A stretch of DNA of 64,000 nt, taken from contig NMRA01000309.1 in assembly GCA_002633005.1 (NCBI GenBank), positions 1 through 64,000 of the forward strand. Reading direction: 5' to 3'. Numbering within the stretch: the first letter of the stretch is position 1; each line of letters opens with the position of its first letter. The notes under the pieces are model-generated. The model was not told the DNA's origin and made no database searches. It worked only from the letters and a program-made list of their open reading frames with translations. Source of the stretch: Phoronis australis (lineage: Eukaryota > Animalia > Phoronida). Below are positions 40,301 through 53,365 of this stretch, in pieces. The translations under genes and the position numbers were made by a program.

Positions 40301-43300
40301 GATAATACTAACAGAGTTGGCTTGGTGATTGTAGCTAATACAATGCCTGTATATGTTACTTTTCTCTGAGGTGTGATGTTCTTTCAACCTGTCTCAGAGG
40401 CGTCTCTGTGTGAGTCCTATATAGAATTCCTTACAGTTGTCGCAACTGAATGTCTGGACTTCAATACTGACCACAATCCCACCATCAAAACGATGGTAAA
40501 CCAAAGGATTCACCCCATCACTCATTGGATACACTGCTCATGACCTCAAATGCACCAGGGTGAACGTACCAGCTTACTGGTAGCATTTGAGTGCAAATCG
40601 CAGATAATCTTGCAACTGCTTAGATTTTTTAGAGTGGTGACTAGGCTTATTGGCGTTTGTGTAAAGCCAGGTTTATTGTATTAGCATTGATGGCGGGGTT
40701 TGTCTGTTAATTTTTATGCTGTCATCTTAGTCTGTCCGGTGTCTGCTGCTCTATCTCCAAAACCCTTTGATGCATGTTCATGAAATTTTGCAGATATTTG
40801 TTTTTTTTTCATGGATGGGACGGCATGAGTGAATTTTCGGATGGATCCGAGTACTGGTGTGCTCCCTAGTGGTATCTTTAGTTTTTTTACGTTTACCTCT
40901 GTATCTTCGGATATCCTCAAAGGATTTTCATAAAATTTGGCAGCGAGATGACGCTATCCTCCGATTTTCAGATGGATTCAAGGTATTTTGCGCCCCTTAC
41001 TGGCCACTGTTACTGTTTTCAAGTCAGATTTTTTGACGTCCACTCTTTTATCAACCAAACCTCTCTAAGGATGATTTTGAAAATTGGCATAATAATGTTC
41101 TTACTGTGAAGAGGGCAGCTGACGATTCTAAGGACTTTGACTACTGTGGCGCCTCCTAGTGGCAGTTTTGTTTGTTTTGTGCCCATGTGGCTGTATCTCG
41201 TAAACACTATGTAAGATCTTTATTAAATTTAGCAAGTGTATTTATATGAAGTTGACAACAGACGACGAGTTTCGTATTGTTTGGACTACCGATGTGTCCT
41301 CTAGTGGCAATTTCAGTTCTTTACGTATACATCTGTGTCTTCAAAGGTCGTCAACAGATTTCCATAAAATTTGGCAGATAGGCATCTGTTAGTGAAGTTA
41401 CGCTATCCTCTTGTATGTGAATGGTTTTGAGGTACCGTATTTTTTCGCCACATAGTGACCATTTTTACTGTTTTCTAGACGTTTCTTTTGGCGTCCGACC
41501 CTCTGTCAAACAACCACTCTAAAGATGGTTGTGAAAATTGGCATGTAATTTTTTACTGCGAAGAGGATTGCTGGACTACTGACAAGAGCATGACTGACAT
41601 GGATTTTCAGATGGGTCCAACTAATCTGGCGCCTCCTAGTGACATTTTTACATCTATGGCTGTATCTCCTAAACCCCTGGCTTGTAAGATGTTTTTGAAA
41701 TTTTGCAGATGTTAACTTGACAGCAGGTGGATGGATTTGGCTGTTGCTGTGTTTCCTAATGGCAGTTTTTTTATGTTTGCCTATATCTCTAGAGATCTTT
41801 GATGGATTTTCATAAAATTTAGCAAATAATGTGGCATGGGTTCAAAGGTATTCTGAACCACACCCCTAGAAGCACATCGTTTGCTGTGCAGTGGTGGGCA
41901 CATTTCAATGCTCTGCTTTGCTCTTGTTTATTATCATGTTTTAAGCATATGGCTAATTTCTGAAAGCTTTAAATCAAATTTCTCATTTACCAATTGCCTA
42001 AGCTGACACTGTAATTTATGCCCAGAAACTTTCAGCCGTAGATGTGACCCTCGACTTTAACAAAATGATGCTGAAAATCCCTTTTGAAATGCTGCTTACT
42101 GTATTTGCCGTGGTGGTAACTCCTTAAAGGAGCATGCCATCCAAAAAACAACCTAATTATTAGATTGAGTAGTTCTACTCCATAAGGGCACGTACGGTTG
42201 CGTTACCTGACGGCAGACGGAAGTGTTGAAATTATCCAATGAGGTAATTGGTTTCGCATGCAGTCTGTTCAGCAGTTCACAACACGGGTTACTGGTGTCA
42301 GCTTATTGCTTGAATTCATCGTTTAACTTCAATAAATCGTCAAACTTCAATGTAAAACCCTTAAAAATACACCAAGTTCTAATAAAAACGTGTTGTTTTA
42401 TTTCGCTGTTACGGATTTATTGGTGTTTGGAGTTACCGTAGCCTACAAAGTTCGGCAGGCTAATAAGGTCCGCAACAGGAGTTTGGGGTCTGTTCGGAGA
42501 TAAATTCTAAGTATTTTTCCATGTGATACAGACAGGAGAACCTAGATCTGTGCTGTTTAGACTTATTTTTTGAGCTCTAAACACACAAAACGATTGTTAT
42601 CCTGGCCAGTGGCTCCGAGCCCGATCAGGCTCGTCGCGGGCGGCGAGACTGACTCGGCCAGTCGCTCGGAAGCCGATCACACATCACGAACATAAACCAT
42701 CCAAAGTTGGAAACTAAACTTCCAGTCAAGAAATACTAGTGAGCCAAAGAAGTAAAGTGCACGTGATTATGTTGGTGAATTAGTCACGAAACTGCAAATC
42801 TACTTACTCGTCGGGGGTCGCGAAGTCAGGTTCTGCTTTGGCCACAGAACCGTCACGGTAGAAGTTTCACATTGACAATCATTATTTGAGTAATGTAAAT
42901 GTAAATAAAGATTCCCCTAACACCTGGCCGTGGGATAGAAATCGAGTTGTTTCAAAACAGTTTCTGTCAGCAAACACTGAATTAGCATGAGCTCACACGG
43001 CCTCGGTGTTCCGTCAATTAGTTTTATTACACACTCAGTGATTTATTCATTGCAGGCTTCTCAAAGTATTTACACTCACGAACACTCCAAAGGCATTCCA
43101 AATTGTATCTTATGAGATAGACATTGTTTCAGTTTCATATATGTATTGGTATCAGTGGTGGATTTAGAGGGGGGCCATTGGGGCCGTGGTCCCTCCTAAA
43201 ATTCTNTAATTCATTTTGAAACAGAACACTCAGTAATAAACGTCAACATGGCAACTCGCAATCCCGACTTAGACGATAGCTCATCCCAACGAAGACTTCG

Positions 43301-46300
43301 CAGGTGGATCGTTAGTTTCACAGGCTATCAGTTCGAACAGGAATACAGCAATGAAGAAATACTAGAGAGGTGCCGTGAACAAGCTCAGACAACGGAACGT
43401 TTGGATAGTTATTTGGTAAGCTGGCATTCGTCAGGCACTGTCCCCTGACGACTGCAGGCCACAGACACGGAGATGTTTCACAGCCTCATACTTGCTATTT
43501 ACAGTGTACTTTTAATTCTTCACTACCGCGAGCCACTTCCTAAGCATTTCGGACTCTCGAGGAAGTCGAAAAAAAACGATATACCCGCTTTCCTCGCAGC
43601 TGCATAGTTCGGACAAGCGGGAACGATGCACCGCAACATAGCGGCATTAACTCTGCAAATGAACCACTGACGTCGCTTCGTCATTTCTCACCTTCCTCAC
43701 AGGTTAACGTGACACCTCTCGGCAAGGTGAGGGTGACCGTATAACAGGCGATGTGGATATACACCGATTAAGACTGCAAAAAAGACTAATTAAATCGGGT
43801 GGCATTCTCCTTTAAAACTAGAATAAATGCATTTGATTCAATAATATGCAAACCTGAAATCAATGTTGTTATTAAATGCAGATGTTCAGTACTGTTATAC
43901 AAATTTTTGGATAGCCCAAATATGGCTTTTAGAGAATGACCATCTTGGTGATTTTTCAGCAAAAGCAACAAGCTCTCTCAGGAGATAGATTTGGTTAATA
44001 GCCACTGTTTCACGAGAGATATTTATCACGGTATCAGTCACACTGTCTGCGCATGCCTGTCTAAACAGTGACATATGTCCAAACCACATGGAATGCCAGC
44101 GGATCACCCGTATATACACTATTGCGCAAGCGCTTTGAAAGATGATCTCTTTCCGCCCTGCCCCAGTTGTTTTTGACGGGATCGTATAGTTGAAACTGTA
44201 TCAACTGATCGAGTGCTACTCGCTCTACCTCTCAAACCGGTGTCAAAAATGGCCGCTGCAGTGTCAGCTTGCTGGGTGCCAGTCGTGTTTTCACACACAC
44301 TTGCACCTGATCAGCTGTTACAGTTGGTAGTTGTTCCGTGACACCTGTCAATGCAACTAATGATGGAATGAGCAGCCAGAAAATAAAAACCATAACGTTT
44401 ACACCAGGGTACACCCCAGAAATTAGATTTTATTACACAACCGACCAGTTGCTAATTCTGATCTCCTGTGTATTATGTTGAACCAGACCATAGTGTTATC
44501 TTCACTACAAGGCAGGTGCAAAGCTGCAAATTAGAGTTCGACTTGATACATTCTATTTGTGAAGTTGTTGCTTCATACCTGATGCAATGTCTTGAGGACA
44601 TACCTAGAGTGCATCAAAATTTACTTATTGTTTACTTATCTTTCCTGTCATCTTTTTTGTTCTGTTTATGGTTCTGTGTCTCATCTTTTTTAGCAGGGCC
44701 TTCAATCCCTCAACTTCTGGTGCCAATTATCAGCCCTATTTGGGTCTGAAAGATATTGCCAAATCGTGCATAAGTCCCCATGTCAGGCCCAAAAATTCCT
44801 TTGGGTTATTAAAAAATCTCTAGGTTAGAACCTTTTTAACTCAAACTATTTCAAACAGCACAAAACATTACTTTTGGGTTCTTGGGACAGAGCTAGTGAG
44901 GGGTGGCGAAGGGGGTGGGGGTGCTATTGGCGGTGGCCGAGAGGAGGATAATTTTCAACTCGTCTGAAAAATTATGTTCTAAGACGGCACAGGCTCTTCC
45001 CCGTCGGGCGCTGTTTATGGTCATGAAGACTCCAATCGCTGTTAAGAACTTTCCATTAAAACCTAATCACCATGATTTGTCCTTGATCTCATGGGATATA
45101 ATTAGATAAGCCTTGTTTCACCAAGTCCTTTCTCATTAATTAAGTATGATGGGTTCATTATCTGTAGATTTAGTGTTACAAATTAGATTTTGACCTCTGT
45201 GTGTTTTGGAATTTACAGTTTCATCACTATTTGTATGCTGTGGATGAAACTGACTGCAGTCGGGTACTTCAGAAAGGATCCACGCAAATTTATAGCTGCA
45301 TTTCGCGCTGTTGTGTTGCCTGATAATGAAAATCGAGTCAGGCCTTTCGATCTCATGAAATTGGTCTCGTGATACTTCTTACCTTGACAGGATTCCGTTT
45401 CCGTTACCAGCTTAAGTTGCAAGCAATACATACATGTGCCACTTTTGAATTCCTTATTTCAGAGTTGGCCAACCTCAGGGCAGTAAATTGTGAGTCGCTG
45501 ATGGTTTGGATGTTCCACTTGATACATGTAACTGAAATAGAATGCTGTCACTGTAAGGGATATTGTCAGACCAGTTTCATGGGAGTAAATTTAACTTTTT
45601 ACTTTTAGCCAGCCAAATATTGCGAAATGCCCTAGCTCAATTTTCATTTTTAGCTATCTAAAAAGGGGACTTTTAACATTTTTTAAGGCTTTTGTGGCCA
45701 GTTGCATGAAACAGTCCCAAATAGGGACTCAACTAAACTCCCTAAATCTTTTTTGTATTTGTTTTGTTCTTTAGGCACAGGTGTAATATTTTTTCTATAA
45801 TTTTATCTTAGTTATGAGCTCTTCTTTAACTAATAAATTTTCTAATTAAGTATAACTAAAAACTGGGCCCTTAATTTGATCAAAATAGTTAGGGAATTAG
45901 TCCTTAAATTGGGGGCGTTGCATGAAAAGATCCCTACTTATTTTCAATAATATTGAGAATTCAATCTAGAGTTCACTCTCGATATGTATCAAAGCCAAAA
46001 ATTGGCATAGCAACAATACTCAAACAGCATGAGATAGGACAATCAGATGAGTGTTTTACAAGCCTGCAAATACGCAGTAGATTTAGGGAGCTTAGCTGAG
46101 TCCCCGTTTGGAACTGTTTCATGCAACCGCTCACTGGTTACATTGTGTACAACTGAACAGTGACATCTGAATATTAGTTCAAAGCATGAATGTAAGAATG
46201 AGATGTGCGTGCCGTGTAATAGTAAAATGATGAAAATGTGCCATTTTTAAGTAATTTTTTTTTTAATTAAAATGTTGTAATGACTGCCATGTGTTTTCAC

Positions 46301-49300
46301 ATTGGTGGAATAATTTATTATTTGTTTTCGTGGTTTTGTTTCAGGTGAAAGAAGAAGATTTAGACAAGGCGTTGAGGTGTCTTGCTAACTTTTATAAAAT
46401 ATTCAAGGAAACAAAGACAGAAAATGTACCACTCGATGTGGAACCGTTCCAACTGATCACAGGTAGCATTGAGATTCAGATCCTAACGACATCAATTTAT
46501 TTAATATCTATGGCTGTGGTAATTTATTCCTTTTTACATGGCAAGTCATACTGCGCTTCGGAAGCATTTGTCCATAGTCTAGCATTTTTGTTTTTTGAGT
46601 TTTGAAAACAGATTGCCCAGTTACAAATAATAAAAAATAATTATATGTTTTATTGACAGGTGTTGGTTTTGGGTCAAATAAGCAGTGGAATTTCCAGCAC
46701 AATTGCTGCTAACATTCTGTATTTACATGCATACACCAGTCCAGTGTTTGGATGAAGTTCAATTCTTCATCATCAAGGAGTATGTCAAACCATAACAAAC
46801 AGGGTCACAAGTTACAAAATCAACTGAACCAAAAATCACTTGTAAAGCAATCACATGCCAAGGTCAAACCTATCCCCAAAGGTTGACCTCAACAGACCCC
46901 ATGTTGCCATTCATTGAAGCCCTAGCATTTAGATGAACAATGGCAAGGCTCTCTATAATTTCACCAGTCTGAATCATCAATGTGAAGAATTGTAGGATTA
47001 GCATAATCTATTACAAAACCTGTTACCATAGAATGAATATAGAGGGCACTGTTATAACTTTTAGAATGTTCTTTTGTTCTTTGACCTAATCTCCTAGTTG
47101 TCATACCAACATGAAACTCACCAAACTTTTAGTTAAACTTGTATACCACATCATTGTCTGATAGTGGATGGTCTCCTGACATCAAAATTTCTGTCCTGGC
47201 ATGATAAATTTTCGGTCGTGGTGTGATAAATTTTCATTCCTAGCGTGTTAAATTTTGGTGCTGACATGATAAATTATAGGTCCTCGCTTGTTAAATTCTA
47301 ATTTTGATTTGTTTTATTTTTGATCCAGCAGAGATTTAATTCTTGAGTGGAAAATATGTGTCCTGGATTTTTTCCACTTTGGCTTTCCATTGTTGTTCAA
47401 ACTCAATTGGCCTTTTGAAATTGTCACGCAAGGCCAGTGAAAGCTGTTCTTTGTGAACCCTTGTGTATGTCCTACAACTGTTCCAGTTGGAGTATGTAGC
47501 TGAAAACAGCTTAACAAAGGGTTTGTGGTCCTGTCTCAGAAGATAATTGTTTTCTTACCCCCTATGAATTCTGAATAGCGGACCCAGAATGGAATGCCTT
47601 CTGAGGATCCATGAGATCTTGTATATCTGTTATAGGGAAGTCTCCTCGTCCTATCACACACCAGTTTACATCTCCCAAGAACAGATTCTATCTGTCTAGC
47701 TACAACTATGGCGATCTTTCAAAAATTGCTCTTCCATTGATTCAAGCAATGTTCTACTCAAGCAGGTAAGTTGCTAGTCGCCAGTTTAATTCCTGGCAAT
47801 TGTTTGTCTTTGAATGAATGTTATTAGCATACATCAGTAATTATGTCAACTCATGGCTTAACCTCAGACACAGTTAAGGAAATCCATAAGCTGGTTCCCC
47901 ACTGCTAAAACCGGAGTAAAGAACCAGAGTCTAATATTTCATGAGATAAGCAACCAAAGTAACTTGCCAGTGTTCCCACTGGACCGGAATAACAGCCACA
48001 GCAGTAAGTATCTAAGGTTAAACGGATTAATGCTACAGATTCCCTGAAGAAAATCGTCTGTCATTTATACCGAAGTTTACTGTCACAGATAAAATTGAAT
48101 GAACGACGTATGACATATGTCGCATGGTACACACTAAGTTGTATTACTACTTTTTGTACTGTCTTGTTTTTCAAACCTTTCACTCGCAATTTCATGTTGA
48201 CAGGAGTAAAGGCCATCGGCTGTGGTAGTCATGGCCAGGGACATTCTGTTGTCGGCGTCTTCTGCAATGCTCTAAGAATGATCGTGTTGTTGAACTTTAC
48301 ACTTACCATGTCTAAAATCTACTATAACCTTGCAATACTACGCAAAAATTTATTCTTCAAACTGAAAAATTTTTCTTGCAATTTTAAGAGCCAAATCCAT
48401 GCCTTGTTCACTTCCGAAATAACAGGTGGTCTACTTTTTCCATATACGACGTGTCATTCAGTGCTAAGCAAGCAAATGTTGGAATCACGTGACAATTTTT
48501 GGCTGACCTATTTTTTGAAGCAGTGCTAAAGGATTAAACTCGAATCACCCAATAATGGAATTCCACATTAAGTCGGAAGTATTTTTGGGCTTTTTATTTT
48601 ATGTAGAGATAGTTATTGAATACGTATTCAACATTAGACACTAGATTTTTGTGAAATTTGCACTGTCATTAATACATCATTCGGCCTAGGCACACAACGC
48701 CTCATGGAATTTTTTTGACAAGATGTTTTTACTCATTGGAATTGCGAAAATTCGAGCACCACGAACAAGTAGACGAAACAAGCGCTAAAATTTAGCTAGT
48801 TTGCATTTTCAACGACTGTGATGACATTTGTATAGCAGGTGAAGTCCATTTATTACTTGTTTATTTATTTAAGACTGGGTGACCACTTCAGTGAATACAC
48901 TGATTTTCATGTGGCCCAGTCGGAAATAATTACACGAAGTAAAATACAGAGAGCTCTGTACAATTAGATTGAAAAGATTAATGAATAAAATAAATTAGTT
49001 ATAAAAATTAGTTAACATGTACAATTAGATGGAGAAATAAGATAAAATAGAATAAAATAATGATGAGCTCAGGACCACAGTCCCAAACCGTGCACAAAGT
49101 CCCAGTATTTCTGTTTGAAGACATGGACATTGGGCGCGTTCGTGACAGCAGTCCCCAGCCTGTTTGTACATGTAAGCGATAGCACCTCTGTAGGCAAAAG
49201 TTCTTTTGCCGCAGTTGGTTTTAGGTTTATTTGGCACCAGGCAGCCAGAAACACTCGCTCTAGTATCAGTAGTAATTGTGAGAATCTCTGAGTGCTTTGA

Positions 49301-52300
49301 ATTTGATTTTTGAACTTTAGAGGTTATTTTCAACTTGTATTTTCTCTTATTTCAAATTGTGGACTTAGCTACTCGAATAAACATGTCGACTAGAGAGTGT
49401 TGATTTAGCTTAATCGTTCACTTGGCAACTAGACTTCGTGTCAGTGTATATTTTGCCGGTTCTAAACCGGAGCAGTTAAAAAATTCCGCTAAACCGAAAC
49501 ACTGGTGCTGATATCTTTTTAATGTATTGTACCTAACTCACAGAATTAACGGAATAGAAGAACTGACAAGTCACATAATTCTAACGTGATCCGAAGACTG
49601 AGACTGAATGGAAACTAATGGTGATGAACTGAACCATGCTCACGCTAACGCTCGTCATACCAAGGCCAACATTTTACTGCAGTGGTCATATTTATTCCGG
49701 TGGATTAAGTGTTCCTACTGACTTACGCCACTAGCCAAAATTGATTACCATCTTCTGAATGGGGGTAACTTTAGTGCCGTAGTAAAGTTAGTCAGATTGT
49801 AGGAGACCTTTCCCACATAAGTTAGGTTGCTTGTGGTCAATAAAGAATGTTAGGCCGAGGTGATAACGGCTCGATGCAAAAGCAGCTATAGTCACATTCC
49901 ATTTAATGATCACATAAAATTAGGAATTAAGTGTATTAAAGATTTGTATTGGGTGAAAAAGCAGTTGTGTTCGATATAACAATTACTAATAATAATGTTG
50001 ATGGTGACAAAGATAATCCCAAATCATTGCAAGTTTGTTTTGTTTAACTTCCAAATTGCAGAATTCATGCTACTGTAGACAGTGCAATGACTGTAACAAA
50101 GAGGTACATTGACAAATCATGCTACTGTAGACAGTGCAATGACTGTAACAAAGAGGTACATTGACAAATCATGCTACTGTAGACAGTGCAATGACTGTAA
50201 CAAAGAGGTACATTGGCAAATCATGGGCTGGCTCCAAGTTACTCTTGCCACCTTGAGCTCAGTCTTAACGTGTGTGTGTGTGTGTGCGTGCGTGTGTGTG
50301 TGCGTGCGTATCCGTAATTCGAATTTTTTTGGCTCTTACATAGAAATTTTTTCATATTCTCCATGCAACTAATTATGAAGAATAATTGAATCTCACGTTA
50401 GCATAAACACAACGTTTCTGAGAATATACTTATAACTGCTAGTTATTAGGATAATTTCTATGGATTATTTCTAGACTGTGGGAGCATAAGGCCAAGTTAG
50501 GTCATTGTTCATGAAACGGTCCCTGGACTGGGTGTTGCCGTGTTGGTCAGTGCGTTTGTCTGGAAATGATATACAGTTGGAGGGTGTTACAGGTGACCCT
50601 GGAAGTTTTCCAAAACATCTGTTGTAACTGAAATCCATTGAACCAAAATCAAACAGTTGGCAAACAGGAATGACCAGCATAGACTGCGGTCAATAGTTGG
50701 TAGGACTTTGTATTTGTTCAATGGAAATGAATGCGCAACCATGATGTGGGCCATTTACGTCACTTTCTATTGGGCTGTGGGTAGTCAATGTAAGCTAAGA
50801 GAATAATGACTGTTTATTTAAATGCAAAAATGTCTAAATAGTTTGAAAAGTACCAGGGATCTGTAGCTTTTCTAAATATAAGATCAAAAACGGTTTATGT
50901 TCCCCTTTAATCTGGAAATGATAATAAGGGTTTTCAGGTACTAACATGCGCTTGCTGGTCTTAAAAGATGGCCGTGTTACAGGACTTGTGAATTGTGTGT
51001 CCTTTAAATACTGGATTTGTTATTAGTTGGGTTATGAATAACACTTATAGGTAGGCCACCTTGTTTTGGAATACATCATAATTTATGTTCTCAGAAAGGA
51101 GTAAAGCAGTACAGTTATAATGCTCCTGTTAATCTTAAAACAAAATTTCGCTGCAGTGAAATTTTTGTCATTAAAGTATTGTAAATCATTCCCTCCTCAT
51201 GATATTCCCTCCTCATGATATCATTATCAGTGTTAACTTGTGTACGGGTATGTGATATACCAATATCATCTCTTCACTTAATGTTAGAGTTTGTTTTGTA
51301 ATAACATTGCCAGATAATGAGATAATGTATCAGTCAAAAGCAACCAGTCCTGTTTACTGCGGCCAAAGACCAAACAGAGATGAGACAATTACTAATATGG
51401 TTGATAACATAACAGTCGCTTACTTATAACTTGTCTTTTTTATTTGTTGAGCATGTTACCACAGTCTACGTCTGTATCTTGCACGTCAAAATCTCAGTGC
51501 TTCATTGGTAAATTTAGAGGTGGCACTTAGGTGTTTGGCGGTGGTTACATTAATTTGTTTTATTTCAAAGTTGCTGGGCCAAAGTTTGATGAATAAGACG
51601 ACTAAAATTCAAAATAAACTGTATGGTTTTGTATCTCTCACATCAAAATTAATCCTGGGCCCGGTCTCCAATCTTTTTACTCGAAATGGAACTCGAAATT
51701 AGGTTTGGCATTTTCTACTCTACTTTTGGGCGAACTCAAGATAAGTGTTTATTATTCTATGCTCGAGTACACAATAACTTACGTAGATAATTTGTTGCCC
51801 TTAGTTCACGGTCTGTAAACCCAATATTAAAGCAATAAGTTCGAGTTTGAACTCGAAATTTCGAGTTTTTACTCGAGTTTGTAGAACAAATATAAGGGTA
51901 TTCAAGGGCAAACTTGAACTAGAAACTCCTATGCATAAACTATAATGTATTCAAGCACCGTCTGATAACCAATTATCTTAAGTTCGCTCAAAAGGAGCAG
52001 AGAAATTGCCAAAAATAATTTCGAGTTCGTTTCGAGTACAAAGATTAGAGACCGGGCCCTGGTCTTTGATCCGGCTGCAAAAAAATACCCAAGGCCATGT
52101 GTTCTTGCTTTCTTTAGCAAATTATCATGAAGAGTTAATCAATGGGTTGCTGGAAAAATCAGATCCACATTATAATTTTTGTTAGAAAATTCAAATATGT
52201 GGGATTTTTTGTACCCGGATCACAATTTTTCTATGTATAACAACCATAAATTTGGGTTAATTTGAATTTTTGCGACTTTATTCTCTGGAATAATGGACTA

Positions 52301-53321
52301 TAGTAATGTCGATGAAACTGCGGAATGGGATTTAACGCTTTGTATCTTATCTGAATAATTACTTCACTTGTACACGTTGTATTCAAGATGTTACAATTTT
52401 CAAATTAAAACTTGTTTACTCTGTACCTTCCATGATATTCAGAAGTGCCTCACAACACAGTTTAACGTTCAAATTAAGGTAGTTGAATTCCTAATTCATT
52501 CACCAATTATGAATGACTTGTTTAAATTTGCAATTTTTTAATTTTCTCAAATTTAAGGAAAGTATAGTTTGACCTCATTCCAGCATTTTGTTCTTTTCAG
52601 TCTGACTCTACCTTCTTGCGATCACGAGAAGTTCTTCACATTTGCTGTTGTGGATGAAGATGTATCAATTGTTTTAGATGAAACAACCCTTAAGAGGTAA
52701 CAACTCTTGACCAAATTTTACCTTGGAGCCATCGAACTAACATTACCTGTTAAAATTGATTTCGTTTTCAGCAATTTGGGGAGTTGGATGGCACCAACCA
52801 CAAGGTGATATTACTGCTACGTGATCCCTGGACCCAGGTTCTGTTGTCTGTATCAAAACTCTACTCGAAAACTGACTAATAGCAGGACACTATTCGAATA
52901 AACTTGTGCTCAAATATATGACATGTTTGGTTAAGTTTCAAGTTCATTATAACTTGGTCCCAGCTGCTTTGTGGCTGTGGTTTTAACGCTGGTTGAAATC
53001 AATTTTGCTGGCTTATGCATATGATGCTATTCTACCGAGTTTGATTTACTGGGAAATGAGATACTTCTGAAACTTAACTGTATGTTCACTTTAGTTAAAG
53101 GTCTCTTGAGCACTTTTAGCTAATAGGACTATTACCTCGAGATATCCCGTTTCACACAATGACGAGTGTTGAATGTGTTGAAATTTGAACTTGATTGTTT
53201 TTGACCGTGCAAAGCAGTGCTGAATATAAGTTTGTCAAATTTCCCAGTCCTTCATTTTCCACTGCATGTACTGCATATGCAGGCTGTGCTATGAATTGAA
53301 TAAAATATGACGCTGATTGTG

Positions 53322-53365
<44 letters not shown>

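Noticed and set aside
42760-42990. Possible THAP remnant (PTSK*ICS) on the minus strand of the Kolobok element
   Set aside because: Too short and interrupted by stops to call by eye.
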